From: a virus
Virus record (IMG/VR): IMGVR_UViG_3300027896_005002
Location: 59,488-123,487 of that record
DNA length: 64,000 nt
Direction: 5' to 3' (one strand)
The translations under genes and the position numbers were made by a program. The notes under the pieces were generated by a model that was not told the DNA's origin, did no database searches, and was given only the letters and a program-made list of their open reading frames with translations. Of the stretch, positions 1 to 8,233 are shown piece by piece. Every line of letters starts with the position of its first letter. Within the stretch, counting starts at the first letter, position 1.

Positions 1-44
1 CTGGCATTGTCATTGGTATAAAATCTGGCCGACATGGCGGTATT

Positions 45-401
45 ATGGCAAAAACAGACACTGGTTGGAGAGTGCCTATTAGCTTAATTAAATCAACATC
101 TGGTTCATCTAATGTTGAAAAAAATAAAGAAAAAGTCGAACAAAATCTTGTCAAGGCAAAAGATTTAATTGGCAAAAACATCACTTGGAAATCTAAATTC
201 ACACCTGGTAAACGACATTTTAGAAACATGCCAGGTGCATATATGATAAAACAACCACCTCCAGGCTATGATTCTGAAAAAGGCACAGCTAGCGGAAAAG
301 TCACAGAAGCCAGAGGTTCAAAAGTCGTAGTTGGTGGTTGGAGAATACCTTTAGCACTTATTCACGAAGTTGATGGTAAAAAATTCTCAAAATGGAAATA
401 A
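45..401 (+). CDS. hypothetical protein (possibly 5'-truncated by window) with internal duplicated GWR(V/I)P(I/L)xLI motif
   Basis: ORF track; two internal repeats GWRVPISLIKS / GWRIPLALIHE; no recognisable domain. Confidence 0.3.
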   Translation: MAKTDTGWRVPISLIKSTSGSSNVEKNKEKVEQNLVKAKDLIGKNITWKSKFTPGKRHFRNMPGAYMIKQPPPGYDSEKGTASGKVTEARGSKVVVGGWRIPLALIHEVDGKKFSKWK

Positions 402-468
402 ATATTATACTTCGATTTCAAACATGATTAGAAAATTTTATAGATATAAATTATTGTAAGATCATTCT

Positions 469-813
469 ATGAATTTGACTGTCATATCAAAATTTTGGCA
501 TGAGATAGAACAACTACTCATAGCAGTTGAACAACATCTCGGAGTTTGTAATCATGTTTACTTTGCAAGCGGCACATTAATAATTGATAAAGTAAATAAA
601 ATAATAGATAATAATATAATAGGAACTGGCGTATTAGGAAGTGGTATAATCGGGCTTAATCTTAATGGAAAAGGTTTTATTACTCACAATCCTGAATTAC
701 AATATTTTAAAAACAATAGAATTTATCAACCTCAACATATTACAATATTAGTACGAAAAATTTACCTTGACATTAAAGGTGAAACTAAATTTTATAAAAA
801 AGAAACTGAATAA
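469..813 (+). CDS. hypothetical protein
   Basis: ORF of 114 aa, no recognisable motif. Confidence 0.25.
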   Translation: MNLTVISKFWHEIEQLLIAVEQHLGVCNHVYFASGTLIIDKVNKIIDNNIIGTGVLGSGIIGLNLNGKGFITHNPELQYFKNNRIYQPQHITILVRKIYLDIKGETKFYKKETE

Positions 814-939
814 TTCTTTTATAATTGGACAATCTTTGATTTTAAGCTTGATTATTTTAATAATAAATAAGGACTATAAAAATGTTAACACTTCGACAGA
901 CACAACCGCAGCAACCCCGTCAACCACGGAGTAATATGC

Positions 940-1008
940 TCATGTGAGACTGTCGAATTATAAATAAATAAAAAAGGTCTCACATGAAAATGTTGAGGCC
1001 TTTTTTTA
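940..1008 (+). terminator. long perfect hairpin (catgtgagac...gtctcacatg) followed by aggcct-T7; terminator-like
   Basis: 9-11 bp inverted repeat at 941-950/976-986 then GC palindrome and T-run 996-1007. Confidence 0.35.
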
Positions 1009-1029
1009 TGACCAAAAGAAAGTGAGACA

Positions 1030-1362
1030 ATGCAAACATCTTATTTTGCAAAATCAGCAAAAGATAAAAACGCCATATCAATAGCATTGAAAAGTCCAGA
1101 CTGGTTTGAAGGCAAAGAATATAAGAAGTTAGCACCAAAATATTGGTTACTTAAAAAATATAAAGACGATGGTAATGAAGAATTTTATACAATACAATAC
1201 CAGAAAGAGGTCCTAGATCTATTAGATCCTAAACAGGTATATGAAGAACTAGGAGAGAATGCAATTTTATTATGTTGGGAAAAATCTGGAAAATTCTGTC
1301 ACAGACGCTTAGTAGCAAAGTGGTTTAAAGAAAAATTAGGAATAGAAATTAAAGAATTATAA
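1030..1362 (+). CDS. DUF488-like protein
   Basis: C-terminal AILLCWEKSGKFCHRRLVAKWF resembles the DUF488 ...CaE....CHR..la..l signature. Confidence 0.4.
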   Translation: MQTSYFAKSAKDKNAISIALKSPDWFEGKEYKKLAPKYWLLKKYKDDGNEEFYTIQYQKEVLDLLDPKQVYEELGENAILLCWEKSGKFCHRRLVAKWFKEKLGIEIKEL

Positions 1363-1370
1363 ATATTTGT

Positions 1371-1445
1371 CCAGGTGTCGCCTAGTGGTTAGGGCACTAC
1401 ATTTGGGATGTAGATATCGTGCGTTCAACTCGCACCACCTGGACC
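1371..1445 (+). tRNA. tRNA-Pro (anticodon UGG), CCA encoded
   Basis: Cloverleaf: acceptor ccaggtg/cacctgg, anticodon arm ctaca-tttggga-tgtag, T-loop ttcaact, 3' CCA. Confidence 0.75.
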
Positions 1446-1520
1446 ATCTTAATCTTAATTTTAGTGAGGCGTATGGTTTAATAATCAGTTTATAACGTTC
1501 ATATCTAAAAAGGAGACGAT

Positions 1521-2498
1521 ATGAACTTAAAAACTGAACGAAATCTAACTATAGTTCAACTTCAACAATCAAAGATTACTTGTAACAAATGTAATAGATC
1601 AATTAGTAAAGCAAATTTTGATAAACATGTATGTTTAAGTGAAACTAATCCAAATATTAAAAGTATTAGAAATCTATATAATGATGGTTTATCATTACGA
1701 AAAATAATAAAAGAGGGTTTTAATGAACAATATGTTAAATTTGTACTTAAAGGTTGTAAAAGGTCTCCAAGTGAAGCTGGCAAGTTAGCACATAAAAAAT
1801 ATCCTGAATCTTTTAAATTATCAGAAGAAACAAAAGAAATATTAAGACAAAAACGTGTAGCTTACTTAAAACAAAATACTGGAACATCTGCATTTCAGCG
1901 ACGACAAAATGGTAAAATGAGTTATGGCGAACAAAAATTACATGATTTATTTGTTAAAAATGATATATACAAAAAATATGATGTCGTAAATGAATATTGC
2001 GAACATCCATATTTTTTAGACTTTGCTTTTGTTAATGAAAAAGTAGATGTAGAATTTGATGGACATTGGCATTTTACAGAAAAACGACAACAATTTGATA
2101 AAAAACGAGATAAATATTTACAGCAAAAAGGTTGGAGTATATATAGAATAACATATTATCAACTCGATAATTTTAATATCAATGAATTAATAAATTTTAT
2201 TGGTGATGCTAAAAACAAATATTATAAATATGATTTAGTAAAATATTATGAAATTAAAAAACAAAAGCACAAAGAAAAAAAAATTAAAAAGTTACAACAA
2301 AGAGTAATAATTAACAATAAAATTGATGCACAAAAAAATAAAAAGATACAGGATAAATTACAATTACTTTCTACAATAGATATGACAAAATTTGGTTGGG
2401 TTGAAAAAGCATCAGATTTATTAAATATAACACATACATCTGTAAGACGGTTTGTAAATAAACATTATAAAAAAGAATTTTTTAGACGAAAAAAATAA
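1521..2498 (+). CDS. homing-endonuclease-like protein: N-terminal CxxC Zn-finger + HTH repeats, C-terminal Vsr/DUF559-like PD-(D/E)XK nuclease domain
   Basis: CNKCNRS Zn finger; IRNLYNDGLSLRKI HTH-like repeat; C-term YFLDFAFVNEKVDVEFDGHWHF...DKKRDKYLQQKGWSIYRI matches the DUF559 pattern vDF...iEvDG..H...D..Rd..L...Gw.v.R. Confidence 0.6.
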   Translation: MNLKTERNLTIVQLQQSKITCNKCNRSISKANFDKHVCLSETNPNIKSIRNLYNDGLSLRKIIKEGFNEQYVKFVLKGCKRSPSEAGKLAHKKYPESFKLSEETKEILRQKRVAYLKQNTGTSAFQRRQNGKMSYGEQKLHDLFVKNDIYKKYDVVNEYCEHPYFLDFAFVNEKVDVEFDGHWHFTEKRQQFDKKRDKYLQQKGWSIYRITYYQLDNFNINELINFIGDAKNKYYKYDLVKYYEIKKQKHKEKKIKKLQQRVIINNKIDAQKNKKIQDKLQLLSTIDMTKFGWVEKASDLLNITHTSVRRFVNKHYKKEFFRRKK

Positions 2499-2503
2499 TT
2501 TAC

Positions 2504-2580
2504 GAGGGTGTCGCCTAGCGGTCTAGGGCAACGGTTTTTGAAGCCGTCATTCGGTGGTTCAAATCCATCCACCCTTGCCA
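2504..2580 (+). tRNA. tRNA-Gln (anticodon UUG), CCA encoded
   Basis: acceptor gagggtg/caccctt (G-U at 1:72), anticodon arm acggt-ttttgaa-gccgt, T-arm ggtgg-ttcaaat-ccatc, 3' gCCA. Confidence 0.65.
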
Positions 2581-2584
2581 TTAT

Positions 2585-2663
2585 CGGAGTGTAGGCTAGA
2601 CTGGTTTAGGCCACATGCTTCGGGAGCATGTTCTCAGCAGTTCAAATCTGCTCACTCCGACCA
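2585..2663 (+). tRNA. tRNA-Pro (anticodon CGG), CCA encoded
   Basis: acceptor cggagtg/cactccg, anticodon arm catgc-ttcggga-gcatg, T-loop ttcaaat, aCCA. Confidence 0.65.
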
Positions 2664-2667
2664 AATT

Positions 2668-2739
2668 TGGGGTGTAATTCAGTCGTAGAATGCATGTCTC
2701 TGAAACATGATGTCGTAGGTTCAACTCCTACCACCCCAG
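2668..2739 (+). tRNA. tRNA-Gln (anticodon CUG)
   Basis: acceptor tggggtg/cacccca, anticodon arm catgt-ctctgaa-acatg, T-arm gtagg-ttcaact-cctac. Confidence 0.65.
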
Positions 2740-2746
2740 TAAATTC

Positions 2747-2823
2747 GGGCCTGTAGCTCAGCTGTATAGAGTGCGTGTCTTCGAAACACGATGTCGTCAG
2801 TTAAAATCTGACCAGGCCCACCA
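2747..2823 (+). tRNA. tRNA-Arg (anticodon UCG), CCA encoded
   Basis: acceptor gggcctg/caggccc, D-arm gctcagctgtatagagt, anticodon arm cgtgt-cttcgaa-acacg, aCCA. Confidence 0.75.
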
Positions 2824-2836
2824 ATTAGGAGATTCC

Positions 2837-3688
2837 ATGGAAAGTATAGACAATTGTCATAATTGTACAAAATGTATTTTACTAGATAGTAAATACTGTT
2901 ATAAAGATTGTAAGACTTGTAAATCAAAATTCTTATGCTTTACATTTAGTCGAAATAATGAAATTAGTATTTGCTTCGTTGACACAGCTGATAAAAATTA
3001 TATTGGTACAAGGAATTCAATACAATTGGGTTTATTAGATGAAGCAATTTTTTCAACATCTCAAACTATAGAAAAATATCTGAAATCTATCTTATTATAT
3101 AATAATAATGACATCCGTAAAATGGGCGGAAGAAATGGCCATAATATTTTAGATTTGAAAAAAGAAGCACAAAAATGTTTAAATGGATTTGATTTAGATA
3201 TAACTTATACTGTAGGAAAAACAAAATATTCTTTTTATGAAATAATCGACAAAAATGTTGACCGTTATGGTATAATTTCAGCACCAAACTTTCCTTTTTT
3301 ATCTTTATTAGATGATGCAGTTTTTAAAATTCGTCCTTATTGTAGAGACATAGATCTTGAAGCTTTAGTTTATAAAATAGATAAATTAGAAGTTTTGGAA
3401 ATGATTCCAATTAATAAATCAATTGGAGGTTATTTAGAAGAAATCATTAAATTTAAACCGACATCGTTTAATAATAAACTTTCATTGCAAAAAAAATGTC
3501 TTTATTGGGAAAATAAACATACTTTAGCAAGTGGAACGCAAACAATTCCAAACATAAAAAAATTTGGTGAACATTTATATTGGCCAAAATGTTCAAAATG
3601 TTTAAATAATTGGCGAGAAAATCATTATAAAGTAACGCAAATTCAAAAAGAATATTTAAAAACTTTAGACTATAAAATGTGCCTATAG
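2837..3688 (+). CDS. Cys-rich hypothetical protein (possible Rx4-6H/HEPN-like motif, speculative)
   Basis: ATG at 2837 preceded by aggag RBS; the listed ORF start at 2771 would overlap tRNA-Arg; N-terminal CHNCTKC...CYKDCKTC cluster; RKMGGRNGH. Confidence 0.35.
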   Translation: MESIDNCHNCTKCILLDSKYCYKDCKTCKSKFLCFTFSRNNEISICFVDTADKNYIGTRNSIQLGLLDEAIFSTSQTIEKYLKSILLYNNNDIRKMGGRNGHNILDLKKEAQKCLNGFDLDITYTVGKTKYSFYEIIDKNVDRYGIISAPNFPFLSLLDDAVFKIRPYCRDIDLEALVYKIDKLEVLEMIPINKSIGGYLEEIIKFKPTSFNNKLSLQKKCLYWENKHTLASGTQTIPNIKKFGEHLYWPKCSKCLNNWRENHYKVTQIQKEYLKTLDYKMCL

Positions 3689-3755
3689 CTGAGTTGGATA
3701 CAGCACCAGATTGCGAATCTGGAGGTCAGTGGTTCGAATCCACTTAGGCACACCA
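3679..3755 (+). tRNA. tRNA-Arg (anticodon GCG by my fold), CCA encoded
   Basis: acceptor gtgccta/taggcac, D-arm gctgagttggatacagc, anticodon arm ccaga-ttgcgaa-tctgg, T-arm agtgg-ttcgaat-ccact, aCCA; overlaps stop of upstream CDS. Confidence 0.65.
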
Positions 3756-3773
3756 TTAATATAATAAAGCAAA

Positions 3774-4316
3774 ATGAATGCGAATCAACAAATAATTCTC
3801 TTAAGGAGGTCTACGATGGAATGTGCTACTCTTTTACAAATATGTTCTACTCTTATACAAATATGTGCCACTATTTTTATAGGACTTCTTGCTTTAAAAA
3901 TTCAGAGAAAAATATTAAAAGCGCATAAAGAAAAATTACACAGTGATTCTTTTGATAGAAAATATAAAATTTTTGATGAAACTATTGAATATATGCGTTC
4001 TGTCGTGAATTATAATTGGAAAGAAAAAAAATCTAATGAATTTTTTTATGAGAATATTTTATTTAGACAGAGAACAATAACTAAAGCAAAATTTCTTTTT
4101 TCAGATGAAGTAACAAGTTTTATGGAAAAGATTGCAAACATTGCTAGTGATTTAAACATTCTTCATGATCAAAAAGAACAACTTGGTTCAAATGTACTTG
4201 CATTTAACTCTAAAGAAACTGTAGGCATGGAAATTATAACAAAGACCAAAGAATTTCATAATCAATTTAAAATTTATCAAGAAATTTTTTCTGCTTCTTT
4301 AAAAGGCGACAGATAA
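3774..4316 (+). CDS. hypothetical protein with N-terminal hydrophobic segment
   Basis: 180-aa ORF; TM-like stretch ATIFIGLLALKI. Confidence 0.3.
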   Translation: MNANQQIILLRRSTMECATLLQICSTLIQICATIFIGLLALKIQRKILKAHKEKLHSDSFDRKYKIFDETIEYMRSVVNYNWKEKKSNEFFYENILFRQRTITKAKFLFSDEVTSFMEKIANIASDLNILHDQKEQLGSNVLAFNSKETVGMEIITKTKEFHNQFKIYQEIFSASLKGDR

Positions 4317-4334
4317 TTAGTTCTTTGTTTAAAC

Positions 4335-4362
4335 GTAGGTTCAAATCCTACCTGGGACACCA
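4335..4362 (+). pseudogene. tRNA 3' fragment (T-arm + acceptor 3' strand + CCA) lacking a 5' half
   Basis: gtagg-ttcaaat-cctac then ctgggac-a-CCA; no complementary gtcccag 5' acceptor found upstream. Confidence 0.35.
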
Positions 4363-4364
4363 TT

Positions 4365-5270
4365 ATGAAAAACACTGGCTTTTCTGAAATAACTACTGAA
4401 CGACTTTACTATAATAGTCAAGATCCTTGGTACATGGAAGTCGCTATTACTGGTCGTTGCAATTTTTCATGTAAATATTGCAATAGATTCAATAATGATA
4501 TTGATCTTGCAAAACTTACCTCTTTTATTCAAAATAATCAATTCAGACATATTCAAATAACAGGCGGTGAACCTACAGTTCACAATCAATTCTTTGAAAT
4601 AATGAATTTATGTAGAAGTAAAACCAAAAAACTTGGTCTTTCTACAAATGGTACTTTTGGTATTGATAATTATTTGAAAAGTCAAGCAGATATGTTTTCA
4701 GTGTCATTAGATGATTATGACATGGACATTTTGAAGAATAGAGGATATAATAGTCCAGAAAAAATAGTTGATACTATAAAACAACTCGTTAAATATAAAT
4801 ATGTTAATATTGGTCTTGTAATTGATTCATTAAATATTGATAGAATAGAATCAATAGTAGATTTTATTTTGTCACTCGGTGTTAATGATATAAAATTATC
4901 AACATCAACAAAAGACCAATTAATACCTAAGTTCAAAAAAGATTATATTAAATATCCTATTTTAAATTATCGTGTACAAAACTTTAAAGATGGTAAACAA
5001 ATGCGAGGAAATGCTTGCAAAAAATGTTATATTGCAAGCAGTGATGTTACTATAGTTGGTGACAGTCATTATCCTTGTTTGACTTATTTTAGAGAAAAAG
5101 GTACAGCAATTGGTAAAGTAAATAATGATTTGATGAAAGATCGTATTGTTTGGATGAATGAACATGATTGTAGTAAAGATGATATATGTCAAAAATATTG
5201 TATGGATTTTAAATGTGAATTCAATAGAGCAAGAACGGAGATTGTATGTCAGTCAAACAAGTCATTGTAA
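4365..5270 (+). CDS. radical SAM enzyme with C-terminal Cys-rich (SPASM/twitch-like) region
   Basis: CNFSCKYC = CX3CX2C cluster, ITGGEP glycine-rich SAM motif; C-terminal CKKCY...C...CSKDDICQKYCMDFKC. Confidence 0.6.
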   Translation: MKNTGFSEITTERLYYNSQDPWYMEVAITGRCNFSCKYCNRFNNDIDLAKLTSFIQNNQFRHIQITGGEPTVHNQFFEIMNLCRSKTKKLGLSTNGTFGIDNYLKSQADMFSVSLDDYDMDILKNRGYNSPEKIVDTIKQLVKYKYVNIGLVIDSLNIDRIESIVDFILSLGVNDIKLSTSTKDQLIPKFKKDYIKYPILNYRVQNFKDGKQMRGNACKKCYIASSDVTIVGDSHYPCLTYFREKGTAIGKVNNDLMKDRIVWMNEHDCSKDDICQKYCMDFKCEFNRARTEIVCQSNKSL

Positions 5271-5635
5271 TTCGTAAAGATTTGAATATGAGAAAAGGTA
5301 AATGCATCGTGCAAGGTGCGCACGCTTCAATGAAAATATTTTTTGATCGGTGGCATAAAGTCGATAATCAAAATACTTTTATAACAGATTTCTTACCTGA
5401 TACTATGGTTCAATGGATTGAGGGATTATTTACCAAAATTTGTGTGAGTGTAAATTCTGAAGCCGAATTACTTGAAATTTATGAAAAAGCAAAAGAAGCT
5501 AATATACCAGTAGCTTTGATTGAAGATGCAGGTTTGACCGAATTTAAGGGAATATTAACTAAGACTTGTATTGCTCTTGGACCCGACGAATCTGAAAAGA
5601 TTGATAAATTGACTGGTCACTTATCTTTGCTATGA
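5246..5635 (+). CDS. peptidyl-tRNA hydrolase, PTH2 family
   Basis: KQVIVIRKDLNMRKGKCIVQGAHAS matches the PTH2 signature (vvVvRtDLgMgkGKiaAQcaHAa); overlaps preceding CDS end. Confidence 0.6.
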   Translation: MSVKQVIVIRKDLNMRKGKCIVQGAHASMKIFFDRWHKVDNQNTFITDFLPDTMVQWIEGLFTKICVSVNSEAELLEIYEKAKEANIPVALIEDAGLTEFKGILTKTCIALGPDESEKIDKLTGHLSLL

Positions 5636-5641
5636 TAGTTA

Positions 5642-5764
5642 AATACTTTTAATGAAAGTCACAACAACCCATGCGCAAGCCACAATCAATACACAAAGCA
5701 CAATTGCAGTTGGTGTATTAATATGACCATGACAAATATTGGCAACTAAAGAATCAAGATTCAT
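5642..5764 (-). CDS. small hydrophobic peptide (about 41 aa, single TM)
   Basis: Manual translation MNLDSLVANICHGHINTPTAIVLCVLIVACAWVVVTFIKSI; immediately downstream of the HTH gene in a GC-richer patch. Confidence 0.2.
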
Positions 5765-5771
5765 ATTTTCC

Positions 5772-6188
5772 TTATTTGGAATATACCAATAAAGCTTTCA
5801 TTCCGGCAGACACTTCATTTTGACGAGTGTATGTAATCCCAAGGACTTTCTGAAACATTTGACGATCTTCAACGGCATTCCACCGTTTCTTTATATCCGG
5901 TTCCGCAGCTTTCATAGCTATATAATCACTGGCTCGGCGCCCGAGTAATCTGCGCATAAAACCAATGTCATCAATTTTGGTGGCATGTTCTGATAATGTA
6001 TATCCATTTTTTGTTGTTATAACTCCGATATTATGTTCGCGCATTTTTCGAATGAGATTGGACACTGAACTAACAGACATTCCAATACTGTCTGCAATTT
6101 CCGCAGCATGCAGATAACGACTGTCCTCCAATAATGTCTTTACCTTCGGAATCATTTCTTTGATTCTTGCCTTACTCTTCTTTTTCAT
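5772..6188 (-). CDS. HTH/winged-helix DNA-binding protein
   Basis: AEIADSIGMSVSSVSNLIRKM helix-turn-helix-like segment; GC-richer than surroundings. Confidence 0.4.
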   Translation of the reverse strand: MKKKSKARIKEMIPKVKTLLEDSRYLHAAEIADSIGMSVSSVSNLIRKMREHNIGVITTKNGYTLSEHATKIDDIGFMRRLLGRRASDYIAMKAAEPDIKKRWNAVEDRQMFQKVLGITYTRQNEVSAGMKALLVYSK

Positions 6189-6297
6189 CGTTTCTCCTTT
6201 ATTTTAAAATGATTAAAAAAATAATTCTATAGATATTTAATCACATAAAATATCGAAGAAACTTAAAAATAATGCTCTATGATGCATCATACACAAA

Positions 6298-7017
6298 CTA
6301 AATTTCTATGATATCTTCATATAAAATAGTAAAATTATCTATAACAACATTAGCATGGAAATGTCCACAAAAATATTTTTTAAATTGAATTCTATTACAA
6401 ACTTCATCTAAAAATTTTGCAGTAGGATCTAAATATTTACTATAATCATGATCATCCATCTCAATAATGTCAACACCTGAAGCTATCATAAATTTTGCAA
6501 TCATTCCTTGCGGTAATGTATGAGCTATTATATAATCTACTTTATTTCCATGTATTTCTAAATTAGTTATTGCATAATCCATTTCTTTATAAGAAGGTAT
6601 CTCATTCCTCCAAATACTTACACCTTCAATTCGACTAGCATCATCAACACTTTTTGCACCGCCCATACAAAAAAATGTTTTACTCTCAATCGTATATATC
6701 TCACCACGCTTTAAATAAAAAATACTATCAGATACTACACCAACTTTACCACCAAATTTTTCAATAATTGGCAACTCTGCTAATCTATCATGATTTTCAT
6801 GATTACCATCAATAAAAAGTATGGTAAATGGTTTTTCATTTAACCATTTTTTCCAATAAATTTCTTCTTTATCTGGTTCGTAAAACCATAACAAACCAAA
6901 ATCACCGGTAATTATCACATAATCATTTTTAGTAAGAGATTTACCTTGAGGAAAATTTGTAGTATTTAATTTCCGAATATCTATCGGAATATGTGTGTCA
7001 CCAGTTATATAAATCAT
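6298..7017 (-). CDS. calcineurin-like metallophosphoesterase (candidate 3'-phosphatase/2',3'-cyclic phosphodiesterase)
   Basis: GDTH, GDFG, GNHEN metallophosphatase motifs in canonical order. Confidence 0.65.
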   Translation of the reverse strand: MIYITGDTHIPIDIRKLNTTNFPQGKSLTKNDYVIITGDFGLLWFYEPDKEEIYWKKWLNEKPFTILFIDGNHENHDRLAELPIIEKFGGKVGVVSDSIFYLKRGEIYTIESKTFFCMGGAKSVDDASRIEGVSIWRNEIPSYKEMDYAITNLEIHGNKVDYIIAHTLPQGMIAKFMIASGVDIIEMDDHDYSKYLDPTAKFLDEVCNRIQFKKYFCGHFHANVVIDNFTILYEDIIEI

Positions 7018-7847
7018 ATCTCTATTTCATATAAATTACTAGGAAAACATGGACAAATATCATAGGGACAAATTATTGCTTTATTACTTAATTGACTCTC
7101 GACAGTTAAATTTTGTACAAATATATTTCCTAAATAACGATGACTACCCCAACATTCTCTAACAGTACCATCATTAAGTACTATCATATACTTATAGCCA
7201 GCCACACATACTTGACCTTTTCTACAAGTTGTTCTATTATATTCTAAAGAAAATTTATTATATCCATGCTCTTTACACAATTCCAAATAATGTTGTATTT
7301 TTAATAACTGTTCATCAGTATAATTAAACTTATGCCATAAAGAATTTTTTATCAAGAGAGGTATTAAATATATATTCTTACTTAAAAACCATTCAAACAA
7401 TTCATCATATTGTAATAATGCATAATCATCACAGACTTGCACTAACATAACATAAAAGCCTGCATCTTTTAATTTATTAATCTGCGTAACAATTTGTTCT
7501 CTTTTAAAATGCAGTCTATCTCTTTCTTTAATATGTAATGCTGCCATAATAAATTTAACTCGATCGACTGATACATTTTTAATAAAATCATCAACAGAAA
7601 TTGTTAAATTAGTATATAACGTAATACAATGCTGTTCAGTCAAAAATTTACAAATTTTAACAAAATCAGTATTTAAAAATAATTCTCCTCCAGACAATGC
7701 CCATAAACATTGATTTTTAAATCTACTTATAGCTTTTTTTACTTCATCAAATTTAGGCCCTAATGCACTTTTATCTTTCGGATCGTTAATACAATATTCA
7801 CAATTAAAATTACAAATCCTATTAAAATTCCAGTCTATAGTTAACAT
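7014..7847 (-). CDS. radical SAM enzyme with C-terminal Cys-rich auxiliary-cluster-like region
   Basis: CNFNCEYC = CX3CX2C; SGGE motif; C-terminal CRKGQVCVAGY...ECWGSH...ICPYDICPC; start overlaps stop of upstream peptide gene. Confidence 0.6.
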   Translation of the reverse strand: MLTIDWNFNRICNFNCEYCINDPKDKSALGPKFDEVKKAISRFKNQCLWALSGGELFLNTDFVKICKFLTEQHCITLYTNLTISVDDFIKNVSVDRVKFIMAALHIKERDRLHFKREQIVTQINKLKDAGFYVMLVQVCDDYALLQYDELFEWFLSKNIYLIPLLIKNSLWHKFNYTDEQLLKIQHYLELCKEHGYNKFSLEYNRTTCRKGQVCVAGYKYMIVLNDGTVRECWGSHRYLGNIFVQNLTVESQLSNKAIICPYDICPCFPSNLYEIEI

Positions 7848-7990
7848 TTATTTTCCTTCACTTCAACACATTCTGCTTTTAACCTTGCAGCTTTTGGACA
7901 CTTTCCGCATTCACTGCATCTTTCATGCGGTTTTGCTCCACCACATTCGTGTCGCATACTACAATGATCTTTTTTATTACAAATTACCAT
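7841..7990 (-). CDS. 49-aa Cys-rich peptide (8 Cys), translationally coupled to radical SAM gene
   Basis: Manual translation MVICNKKDHCSMRHECGGAKPHERCSECGKCPKAARLKAECVEVKENKC; its stop TAA overlaps rSAM ATG (atgttaa context). Confidence 0.35.
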   Translation of the reverse strand: MVICNKKDHCSMRHECGGAKPHERCSECGKCPKAARLKAECVEVKENKC

Positions 7991-7998
7991 ATTTTCCC

Positions 7999-8130
7999 TT
8001 ATGAATGATTATAATGTTTTTTACATTCTTCAGACCCTTCACCACGATTACAATAACCTTTCATATAACAATTTTCACATAAAGGTACTTTCTCTTTTTT
8101 CACAGATTGAGAAATTTGTCGTTCCAACAT
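7999..8130 (-). CDS. 43-aa Cys-rich peptide
   Basis: Manual translation MLERQISQSVKKEKVPLCENCYMKGYCNRGEGSEECKKHYNHS; CxxC-x5-C-x8-C. Confidence 0.3.
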   Translation of the reverse strand: MLERQISQSVKKEKVPLCENCYMKGYCNRGEGSEECKKHYNHS

Positions 8131-8151
8131 TAAAGTATATCTCTTAAATAT

Positions 8152-8230
8152 GCCCGTGATTGGAATCGAACCAACATTTTCAGCTTCCTTTACGATTATC
8201 TGTTTAGGAAACAGACTCGGCTACACGGGC
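8152..8230 (-). tRNA. noncanonical tRNA-like gene, anticodon CCU (Arg/AGG), D-arm reduced to gccgag
   Basis: acceptor gcccgtg/cacgggc, perfect anticodon arm tctgt-ttcctaa-acaga, 23-nt region taatcgtaaaggaagctgaaaat, T-arm gttgg-ttcgatt-ccaat; no D-stem partner. Confidence 0.45.
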
Positions 8231-8233
8231 GCT

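Noticed and set aside
2771-2836. Upstream extension of CDS 2771-3688, and likewise the N-terminal extension of 14333-14770
   Set aside because: The extensions overlap tRNA-Arg (2747-2823) and tRNA-Ala (14728-14802) respectively. Internal ATGs with better context give non-overlapping genes: 2837 (aggag RBS) and 14710 (MKLGLDF).
4335-4362. Possibility that the tRNA 3' fragment is the 3' exon of a split tRNA whose intron carries ORF 3774-4316
   Set aside because: No matching 5' acceptor strand (gtcccag) or D/anticodon arms are found between 3756 and 4334. It is kept only as a fragment/pseudogene.
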